Below, piece after piece: positions 16,529-23,784 of a stretch of 64,000 bases of DNA (its first letter is position 1; each line of letters opens with the position of its first letter). Under the pieces are notes generated by a model. The model searched no databases, had not been told where the DNA came from, and worked only from the letters and a program-made list of their open reading frames with translations. Made by a program: the position numbers and the translations under genes. Source of the stretch: Myxococcota bacterium. GTDB lineage: Bacteria; Myxococcota_A; UBA796; CAJQPC01. The DNA lies in contig DASCPX010000179.1 of the NCBI GenBank assembly GCA_036012755.1, forward strand, positions 78,566-142,565, read 5' to 3'.

Positions 16529-17600
16529 CTAACGGCGCGTGCGCACCCAGTCGACTCGCTTCTTCTGGCTCTTGACACCGTCCACCCCGCTGGCCCTGGC
16601 CTCGCCGTCGAGGTCGTCCCGGATGAAGGCGGCGAGGTCCCCTGGCGAGGCCCCGACGTCCTCGATCTCGACGAGGACGACATCGCCGAGGTCGCGGTCC
16701 CACTCCCAGAAGCCGACGATGCGACCCGCGCGAGCGATCACCCGGTGGAAGATCCAGCGGGCCTTCGACAGCGGCGTCAAGCCTCGGCCCAGGCCGATGA
16801 GCTCCAGGTCGTGGTGCTCGGGCTGCACCAGCAGCGCCGGCGAGGCTCGCAGCGACAGGAGGTTGTCCTGGGCCGGCAGGAAGTGGAGCCCGTCGTCGAT
16901 GGACTCGGCGAGGTCGCCGTAGACGGTCTCGCCCTCGAGCTCGTGTTGGGCCAGCCCGAGGCCAGCGATCGCCTTGTTCGCCTTGCCCTTGGCCACCTTG
17001 GACCAGCCTGTGAACTCCTCCAGCGTGGCGGGCGCCGCCCACTCGAAGAAGCGCCTCGCGAGGGCCTCGATCCGAGCCTGCTCGCCGCTCGGTCGCTCAC
17101 CGAGGGACAGGGGGGAGACATCCGGGATCTCCCAGGTGTAGCGCTCGCTGTCGACCCGGCCGGTGGCGTGGCGGCGTCGGATGGCGCCGTCCCACTCCAG
17201 CAGTCGCAGGGCCGGAGGCAGGTTTGTCGTCACGCCGAGCTTCTTGCCGGCCTCGCCGAAGGAGAGGACCTCGCCAGGCAACGCCGCGCGAAGCTGGCCA
17301 GGGCTACGGGGACCCTCTGAGAGGACCTCGAGGACACGCTCGCCGAGCCGCCGGAGGTCTTGTTCGGACTGGCCGAGCTTGCCGAGGTTGCGCAGGAGCC
17401 CGCGCATGGAGAAGGTCTCGCTGACAGCCAGGGCCAGGGGCACGTCGGCGGCCGGAACGAGCCAGCATGGCGAAGTAGGGATCGACTCCGCCCAGAGAGC
17501 GGCTCCAGCCTCCGGGGACGGTGTCGAGGGCATCGCCCGCACCCAGTCGCTGCCTGGCAGACCAGCTTCTGCGTGCCTCGCCGAGAGTGAGCTTCGCCAC
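16529..17600 (-). pseudogene. AlkZ/YcaQ-like winged-helix DNA glycosylase family gene with a single frameshift
   Basis: N-terminus VAKLTLGEARRSWSARQRLG...DPYFAMLAR is in one frame. The remainder (VPAADVPLALAVSETFSMRG...GFWEWDRD) is in another. The junction is at about 17455-17470. Confidence 0.55.
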
Positions 17601-17605
17601 TCCGC

Positions 17606-18772
17606 TCAGACGGCGTCGAAGCCAGCCGCGGCGATGGCGGCCCGGACGACGGACTCGTCGACCTCGCCCTCGACATGGGCCGTGTTCGTCTCGATGCTGA
17701 CGGTGGCGCCGTCGACGCCGTCCGTGTTGTTCAGCACGCGCTCGAGGCGACGGGCGCAGCCCCCACAGGTCATGCCCTCGACGCCGATCTCCAGGGCCTT
17801 CGCGCCTGGTGAGGTGAGCTTTCTCCGGAGGTCGCCCACGGCGAACCAACATAGCATCGCGGTCAGCGCGACAGCGCTGGCGGTCGCCCACCAGGCCGCC
17901 CCGTGCTCGTGCGCTGGGGCGGTGGTGGCCTCGATGAGGAAACCAAAGGCCCAGCCAAGGCCAATGCTGCCGACGAGGATGGTGACCAGGTAGATGGCAG
18001 TGGTGCGAAGGCCGAAGGTCTTCTTGATGGCGCCGAGAGTCGCGATGTTCGTCGCCGGTCCAGCCATGAGGAAGACCAGGGCGGCGCCCGCGGGCATGCC
18101 CCCAGCCACGAGTGAGGCCGCGATCGGCACGCTCGCGGTGGCACAGACGTAGAGCGGTACGGCGATGAGCAGGACCACGAACATCGCGGGCAGGCCGCCG
18201 TAGTCACCCAGCGCCGCGAGCCACTCGTTGGGGACGAGCACGGTGATGGCCGCGCTGGCGACCACGCCGAAGGCCAACCAGCCCCAGATGCCCCGGATGA
18301 TCTGGAGGCCGTGGTCGAAGGCCCCCCGCCAGGTCCGATCGCCGCTGTCGTGGGTGGGGGGCGCCTCGTCGGTGCCGGTGGACCCGAAGCGGTCCGTGAG
18401 CCAGCCCCCGACGAGCCCGGTGGCGGCGGCGGCGGCGACCTTGAAGAGCGCGAAGGGCCACCCGAGGAAGCTCCCGGCGACGAAGATCGAGTCCACGCCG
18501 GTCTGGGGGGTGGCGATCAAGAAGCCGATGGAGGCCCCGTCGCTGGCGCCGTCCTTCTTGAGCCCGATGCCCGCAGGGATGACTCCGCAGGAACACAGGG
18601 GCAGGGGCACGCCGAAGAGCACTGCCTTGGCGACCGCGCCACGCCCGCGGAGGTTGCGCTGCATGAAGTCGGGTGGCAGCCACTTGTGGAGCAGGGCGGA
18701 CACGAGCGCTCCGAGCAGCAGCCACGGCGCCAGCTCGAGCAGGACGTCCCAGATCGCCTCGATGAAGCTCAT
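17606..18772 (-). CDS. Permease fused to a C-terminal heavy-metal-associated domain (SO_0444-type Cu/Zn efflux transporter)
   Basis: GVPLPLCSCGVIP permease motif. C-terminal HMA domain with GMTCGGCARRLE. The start overlaps the csoR stop (ATGA). Confidence 0.8.
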   Translation of the reverse strand: MSFIEAIWDVLLELAPWLLLGALVSALLHKWLPPDFMQRNLRGRGAVAKAVLFGVPLPLCSCGVIPAGIGLKKDGASDGASIGFLIATPQTGVDSIFVAGSFLGWPFALFKVAAAAATGLVGGWLTDRFGSTGTDEAPPTHDSGDRTWRGAFDHGLQIIRGIWGWLAFGVVASAAITVLVPNEWLAALGDYGGLPAMFVVLLIAVPLYVCATASVPIAASLVAGGMPAGAALVFLMAGPATNIATLGAIKKTFGLRTTAIYLVTILVGSIGLGWAFGFLIEATTAPAHEHGAAWWATASAVALTAMLCWFAVGDLRRKLTSPGAKALEIGVEGMTCGGCARRLERVLNNTDGVDGATVSIETNTAHVEGEVDESVVRAAIAAAGFDAV

Positions 18773-19053
18773 GCCCTGCCTCCGTAGCGTGCGAAGACGT
18801 CCATGAGCTCCTCGATGGCGTCCTGGCTCTGGGTCGGGTCGCCAGAGGCGAAGGCCTCGGCCACGCAGCTCTCGATGTGGGAGCGCAGGAGGATCTCACC
18901 GGCCTTGCCGAGAGCGCCGCGGGCGGCGGAGATCTGGGTGAGCACGTCGACGCAGTAGGCGTCGCCCTCGACCATGCGGCGCACCGCGGAGATCTGGCCC
19001 TCGGCCCGCTTCAGGCGGGTCAACAACCGCTTCTTGGAGGCTTCGTCTCTCAT
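18769..19053 (-). CDS. csoR: CsoR-family Cu(I)-sensing transcriptional repressor
   Basis: 94 aa: MRDEASKKRLLTRLKRAEGQISAVRRMVE... with the C34/H59/C63 ligand set. Hidden at the 3' end of the 940-aa shadow ORF. Confidence 0.85.
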   Translation of the reverse strand: MRDEASKKRLLTRLKRAEGQISAVRRMVEGDAYCVDVLTQISAARGALGKAGEILLRSHIESCVAEAFASGDPTQSQDAIEELMDVFARYGGRA

Positions 19054-19059
19054 CTTCGA

Positions 19060-19100
19060 ATACCCGGTGGGGGTATCTAAGCTATACCCCCAGAGGGTAT
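19060..19100. promoter_or_regulatory. Two tandem CsoR-type operators, ATACCC-N5-GGGTAT
   Basis: ATACCCGGTGGGGGTAT at 19060-19076 and ATACCCCCAGAGGGTAT at 19084-19100. Both are perfect inverted repeats, starting 7 nt upstream of the csoR ATG. Confidence 0.65.
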
Positions 19101-19158
19101 TGCGCCAGAAAAACGAAACGCAAAGCTGGAGAGGGTGGGTGCGGTTAGCAGACCCGCC

Positions 19159-19806
19159 ATGCTCCCCGTGAAGATCTGCTGCATCCAGGACGAGGCCGAG
19201 GCACGCCTGGCCATCGAACACGGGGCCCGAGCCCTGGGGCTCGTCTCCGAGATGCCCAGCGGCTGGGGGCCGATCCCGGATGAGCGCATCCGCGAGATCG
19301 CCGCCACCGTGCCCCCCTTCGTCTCGACGGTGCTGCTGTCCGCTCGGTCGACAGTGCCCGGAGTCATCGAGCACGTCGAGGCCTGCGGCTGCGACACCCT
19401 GCAGCTCGTCGATGACTTCCCGCTGTCCGGCTACGACTTCCTCCGCGAGCGCTTCGGTTCCCTGCGCATCCTCAAGGCGGTCCTCGTCACCGGCGAGGAG
19501 TCCATACAGGCAGCACGGGACCTGGCGCCGCTGGTCGACGCGGTGTTGCTGGACACGGGGGATCCGACGGCGGACGTGAAGGTGCTCGGGGGCACGGGTC
19601 GGACCCACGATTGGAGCATCTCCCGACGCATCGTCGAGGCCCTCGCGCCCCGAGATGTCGTCCTCGCAGGGGGCCTGAAGCCCGACAACGTCGCAGAGGC
19701 CGTGCGCCGCGTGCGCCCCTATGCCCTGGACCTCTGTACGGGCGTTCGCACCGATGGAGCGCTGGATCCGGCCAAGCTGGCCGCCTTCTTCGCCGCGCTC
19801 TCGTAG
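19159..19806 (+). CDS. trpF: Phosphoribosylanthranilate isomerase
   Basis: Starts MLPVKICCIQD, followed by VLLDTGDP..LGGTGRTHDW and VVLAGGLKPDNV. No other trp genes are adjacent. Confidence 0.85.
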   Translation: MLPVKICCIQDEAEARLAIEHGARALGLVSEMPSGWGPIPDERIREIAATVPPFVSTVLLSARSTVPGVIEHVEACGCDTLQLVDDFPLSGYDFLRERFGSLRILKAVLVTGEESIQAARDLAPLVDAVLLDTGDPTADVKVLGGTGRTHDWSISRRIVEALAPRDVVLAGGLKPDNVAEAVRRVRPYALDLCTGVRTDGALDPAKLAAFFAALS

Positions 19807-19815
19807 CATTCGGTC

Positions 19816-21435
19816 GTGGCGGTCCTCCTTCGACTCGAGCAACGCGGCGACGACCTCGTCTTTGGCGTCGGAGAAGTGGAGGCAGCGCTGTCGGAGGGAA
19901 CCGCCAGGGAGCTGCTCGTCCTCGCCGAGAGCGACGAGGTCGACGTCACGGAGGACGACCTCGACCGCACCGACACCGGCGAAGACGAGGGCCTGCGCCT
20001 CGCCGACCTGCTGCGGGAGTACGCGCCGTGGGCGGAGCTGGAGGAGCTCGATGGCCAGACGCCGCTGATCGTGGTCTGCCCGGCGGCCCTCGAGAGGCTC
20101 GCCTGGGAGCGGCTGTTCTTCGATCAGGAGGCCCCAGCAGAGGTCCAGCGACGCGTCGTCATCGGGCGCCTGACCCCGGGCACGGCGGAGCCGACCAGAC
20201 CCGAAGGCGCCTTCCACGTGCTGCACTGGTGCCCGACGCCGAACGACCAGGGCTGCCGGCGCATCACGGGCCGGCTCGGCGAGCTCGCCCCCAGCCTGGA
20301 GATCACCCTCGACGAGTTCGAGAACCACATCCCCAGCGAGCCCTTCGTCCTGCACATCGTGATGAGCGGTGGGAGCTACGAGGCCCTGGAGCCCCACGTC
20401 GAGCGAGGCACGGAGGGACGCCTGGGACTCGCCCTGTCCCGCTGCGAGGCCGTGGTGCTCGCCATCATCGAGAGCCCGGTCGGTCACGCCGTAGAGCTCG
20501 GCGAGCGGCTGATCGAGCTCGGTGCGCCCTCGGTCATCGCCCCCTGGGGCGAGGTCGACGTGGAGGCCCTGCAGCGCTTCGGCGACGGCTTCTACCAGGC
20601 CCTGGCGACCCACGCGACCCTGGCCGAGGCGGTCGCAGAGGGACGCCGAAAGGTGCGCGCCTGGGGCCAACGCCACCCAGAGGCCCGCTGGTCGAAGTGG
20701 TCCTGGCGCGTCGCGACCCTCGAGGCCGCCGACAGCTCTCCTCTGCGGCTGGAGACCTGGCGCCCCGAGGGCTGGCCTCGCCCGGCCTCTGATGCCACGG
20801 TGCTGCTGGAGCGCGCGCGCGAGCTGTCGATGGCGCAGGGTGGTGGCTACCTGGGGGTCGAGCACGTCGTTGCAGCGCTGAAACAGGTCGAGGGTGGCGG
20901 CAAGACCACAGCCCAGATCCGGGCGACGTTGCCGCGTCTGGACCAGTTCGAGGCGACGCTCGCTGCGCTCAGCCCCCAGCCCGGGGAAGAGCAGCTGACG
21001 CTGAGCCCTCGGCTGCGAGACTGGCCCAGCGGGCTGAACGATGGCTTCCACCTCGACGACCTCTGTGCCGTCCTGGCGATGGACCTCGCGGCGACCCTCG
21101 CGGGGCGACCGGGCACCGACCAGCCGGCCGAGGTGCTGACCGTGCTCGGCGGCCCAGAGGATGGGCGGGCGCTGAAGATGCAGGTCGGGGACACCCTCGG
21201 TCGCGCCTCGGACAGCGACGGTCCGACCCACGCGCTCTACGCCGGCACGCGGCTCACCGACCGCAAGCTCTCCCGCCAGCACCTCAGCTGGCAGGGGCCG
21301 GGCAAGGTGGTGCTGAAGAGGGCAGCACGACGCTTCCGGGGCGGAGAGATCGCCAGGGTCGGCCCCGGCGAGGTCGAGCTCAGCGCCGGCGACCTCCTGG
21401 TGCTCACCCACGCGACCCGGGTCATCGCCGGCTGA
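19816..21435 (+). CDS. CHAT-like (catalytic Cys absent) / Clp_N-like / FHA fusion protein
   Basis: FVLHIVMSGG and VVLAIIESPVG are CHAT strands without the Cys. LLERARELSMAQGGGYLGVEHVVAALKQ is Clp_N-like. The C-terminus is FHA-like (LGRASDSD...LSRQHLSW...GDLLVL). Confidence 0.65.
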   Translation: MAVLLRLEQRGDDLVFGVGEVEAALSEGTARELLVLAESDEVDVTEDDLDRTDTGEDEGLRLADLLREYAPWAELEELDGQTPLIVVCPAALERLAWERLFFDQEAPAEVQRRVVIGRLTPGTAEPTRPEGAFHVLHWCPTPNDQGCRRITGRLGELAPSLEITLDEFENHIPSEPFVLHIVMSGGSYEALEPHVERGTEGRLGLALSRCEAVVLAIIESPVGHAVELGERLIELGAPSVIAPWGEVDVEALQRFGDGFYQALATHATLAEAVAEGRRKVRAWGQRHPEARWSKWSWRVATLEAADSSPLRLETWRPEGWPRPASDATVLLERARELSMAQGGGYLGVEHVVAALKQVEGGGKTTAQIRATLPRLDQFEATLAALSPQPGEEQLTLSPRLRDWPSGLNDGFHLDDLCAVLAMDLAATLAGRPGTDQPAEVLTVLGGPEDGRALKMQVGDTLGRASDSDGPTHALYAGTRLTDRKLSRQHLSWQGPGKVVLKRAARRFRGGEIARVGPGEVELSAGDLLVLTHATRVIAG

Positions 21436-22250
21436 TGCTCGTCCTCGGCCGGCTGTACCGGCGGGGTGTGCCCGGGGTGGGGTGGCTGCTCGCGGAGGGC
21501 TTGTGGCTGGCGCTGTTCGGTGCTGCCTTCGCGGTCTGGCTCTTTCCGAGCGAGGCCAGCCTGGTGGCGGTCTTCCTGGTCGCCATCGCATCGGTGGACT
21601 CGCTGGAGCGACTGCTGGTGGAGAACCGCCGCCGCATCTACGAAGACGGCGAGCGCCCTCTCCGCGCCAACCTGCACATCTGCGCGCTCCTGCTGGCGCT
21701 GTTCGCGGGCACCACGGTGGGCTTCTCGTTGCTCGGCCTCTTCCTTCCCCTGGACCTCGTGGAGCTCCTGTTCGCCAAGCAGCTGGAGGGCTACGGCGCC
21801 AACTTCCCCGGGCTCCAGTTCGGGGGCGCTGCCCCGCTGTTGAAGGCCAACCTCTTCGTCCTCTTCTTCTTCTTCGTCATCGCGCTCTTCTTCCGGCAGG
21901 GCGGAGTGATGCTGGCGGTCGCGTGGAACGCCGGAGTCTGGGGAGCGACCTGCGGCTGGCTGGCCCGGACCTGGGATGGGGGTCCCCCGCTCGTCGAGGC
22001 CTGGTTCCGAGTCGCCGGGACCTGCCTCCCACACCTGGCGCTGGAGGCTGCGGCCTTCGTGCTCGCCGGGCTCGCCGGCGTGTTCCTGTCGAAGGGGCTC
22101 CTCCGTCACGCCCTCGACAGCGAGCCCGTGCGCTCCATCGCGACCTCCGCAGCCGCACTGCTCGCCGTCGCGGTCGGATTGGTGGTCCTGGGAGCCTTCT
22201 GGGAAGCCCTGGTGGCTCCGCATCTCCACCTCTGGCTGATCTCCGGGTGA
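21435..22250 (+). CDS. SpoIIM/DUF95-like integral membrane protein
   Basis: About 6 TM helices. Motifs AWNAGVWGA and LPHLALEAAAFVLAGLAG resemble the stage II sporulation protein M family. The start shares 1 nt with the upstream stop. Confidence 0.65.
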   Translation: MLVLGRLYRRGVPGVGWLLAEGLWLALFGAAFAVWLFPSEASLVAVFLVAIASVDSLERLLVENRRRIYEDGERPLRANLHICALLLALFAGTTVGFSLLGLFLPLDLVELLFAKQLEGYGANFPGLQFGGAAPLLKANLFVLFFFFVIALFFRQGGVMLAVAWNAGVWGATCGWLARTWDGGPPLVEAWFRVAGTCLPHLALEAAAFVLAGLAGVFLSKGLLRHALDSEPVRSIATSAAALLAVAVGLVVLGAFWEALVAPHLHLWLISG

Positions 22251-22512
22251 ATCAGCGCTCCGACGCGGCGAGCAGCGAGGGCACAGGCCTGCAGACCGGG
22301 ACCCTGAGGCGCACCCTCGCGAGACTGCACGCGGCGTAGTGTCGCGGCCAGTGGGCGACCTGCAGAGGTCGCGTCAGGAACACGGCCCCCCAGCCCGGCG
22401 GGCGGACGGGCGCACAACGACGTCCGTGGAAGGCAGCGCTGGCGCCCTTCTTCGAACACCAACCCCTGGTGCCCCTACTGGTCAGGCCCTCTGCAGCGGG
22501 CGACAGGATGTT

Positions 22513-22659
22513 GCGTATCGGCCCCGGTTCTCCGGAACCCTCGGAGATGTGCAACAAAACGTCGCGTATCGGCCCCGGTTCTCCGGAACCCTCGGAGATG
22601 TGCAACAAAACGTCGCGTATCGGCCCCGGTTCTCCGGAACCCTCGGAGATGTGCAACAA
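22513..22659. repeat. Tandem repeat A: about 2.9 x 51 bp, each unit carrying the palindrome GGTTC-TCCG-GAACC
   Basis: Units start at 22513, 22564 and 22615 (gcgtatcggccccggttctccggaaccctcggagatgtgcaacaaaacgtc). Copies 1 and 2 are identical. Confidence 0.9.
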
Positions 22660-22730
22660 GCTCGCCCAGTTCCGGGCTCGCCCAGTTCCGGGCTCGCCCA
22701 GTTCCGGGCTCGCCCAGTTCCGGGCTCGCC
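22660..22730. repeat. Tandem repeat B: about 4.4 x 16 bp (GCTCGCCCAGTTCCGG)
   Basis: Perfect units at 22660, 22676, 22692 and 22708, plus a partial unit at 22724-22730. The period is not a multiple of 3. Confidence 0.9.
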
Positions 22731-22789
22731 GCGTCCTGAGACCGACGAGCGAGGCGTGCTTGCACGCCCCCGAGGAGGCGCCGGAGGTC

Positions 22790-23050
22790 GTGCCCGAAGC
22801 CGTCGCCCCGCGGTCCGCCGGTGTTGACGTGCGTTTCACCGGTGCAGACAGGGTGATCCTCGTCCGCGAGCCCGGAGGTGAGCGGCTGGCGCTGCGGGCA
22901 GATGGAGCCCGAGAGGTGCGCCCCGGCCACTACAAGATCGAAGCTCGCTTCGGCGAGCACCAGTTCCCGGTTGGACGGCTGACCGTCATGGCTGGTGTGG
23001 ACGTGACGCTGTCCTGCGACGTGGACTTCCTGACCTGCAAACCGCGCTGA
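22790..23050 (+). CDS. Small beta-sandwich (PEGA-like) protein; start uncertain
   Basis: The C-terminal 85 codons of ORF 22469..23050 look coding (VDVRFTGADRVILVREPGG...HYKIEARFGEH...VTLSCD). GAGGAGG lies 11 nt before the GTG at 22790. Confidence 0.35.
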   Translation: MPEAVAPRSAGVDVRFTGADRVILVREPGGERLALRADGAREVRPGHYKIEARFGEHQFPVGRLTVMAGVDVTLSCDVDFLTCKPR

Positions 23051-23088
23051 GCGAGCCGGCAGGATAGGGGCGGGGCCAAGGAGATTCC

Positions 23089-23784
23089 ATGCTGCTGTCG
23101 CTGTTGTTGTCTTGCTCGGGACAGCCCGAGCCCACCAGTGTCCCCGTCGCGAAGGACGGCGAGCCCAGGATCGAGAAGCCGGCGACCCCGGCCGCGGAGC
23201 CCGAGGTCCCGACGGCCTCGGTGCCCACCCCGGCAGACTGGAACGCGACCGCCCCGGCCAACTTCGACGCGGTCTTCGAGACCAGCAAGGGCAGCTTCAC
23301 CGTGAGCGTGGACCGCAGCTGGTCACCCACCGGCGCCGACCGCTTCTACAACCTCGTCGACAACGGGTACTACGACGACATCGCCTTCTTTCGGAACATC
23401 GATGGCTTCATGGTGCAGTTCGGGATCCACGGCGACCCGGCCTTCAACACCGTCTGGAAGGACGCCTCGATCCTGGACGACGCGGTCACGAAGTCGAACC
23501 GGCGCACCTTCGTGAGCTTCGCGACCTCGGGCAAGAACAGCCGCACGACGCAGATCTTCATCAACTTCGGCGACAACTCGAGCCTCGACGGAATGGGCTT
23601 CTCGCCCTTCGGCCAGATCACCGACGGCATGGAGGTCGTGGACTCGCTCTACAACGGCTACGGCGAGGGGAGCCCCCGCGGCCGCGGACCAGACCAGGGC
23701 AAGCTCCAGAAGATGGGCAACGCCTACCTGAAGACCGAGTTCCCGAAGCTCGACTACGTCACCCAGGCGTCGATCAGGGACTAG
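23089..23784 (+). CDS. Cyclophilin-type peptidyl-prolyl cis-trans isomerase, lipoprotein
   Basis: N-terminus MLLSLLLSC. Further motifs FFRNIDGFMVQFG, TTQIFINF and FGQITDGMEVVD. Confidence 0.85.
   Translation: MLLSLLLSCSGQPEPTSVPVAKDGEPRIEKPATPAAEPEVPTASVPTPADWNATAPANFDAVFETSKGSFTVSVDRSWSPTGADRFYNLVDNGYYDDIAFFRNIDGFMVQFGIHGDPAFNTVWKDASILDDAVTKSNRRTFVSFATSGKNSRTTQIFINFGDNSSLDGMGFSPFGQITDGMEVVDSLYNGYGEGSPRGRGPDQGKLQKMGNAYLKTEFPKLDYVTQASIRD

Noticed and set aside
18769-21591. 940-aa minus-strand ORF, the longest in the window
   Set aside because: Only its last 94 codons (18769..19053) are a real gene (csoR). The rest is antisense to trpF and the CHAT-FHA gene and has no protein-like composition.
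22355-22372. Hairpin GCGACCT-GCAG-AGGTCGC about 105 nt after the SpoIIM-like stop. Also a 9-nt long-range complement: ctgcagagg at 22361-22369 versus cctctgcag at about 22487-22495.
   Set aside because: It could be a terminator or part of a structured RNA preceding the repeat array. However, there is no U tract and no recognisable ncRNA family signature (I checked by eye for tmRNA, RNase P, SRP and 6S hallmarks). I left it unassigned.
22513-22730. Tandem repeats as a possible CRISPR array
   Set aside because: The units are directly abutting with no unique spacers. There are two different periods (51 and 16 bp), and no cas genes or leader are nearby. This is not a CRISPR architecture.
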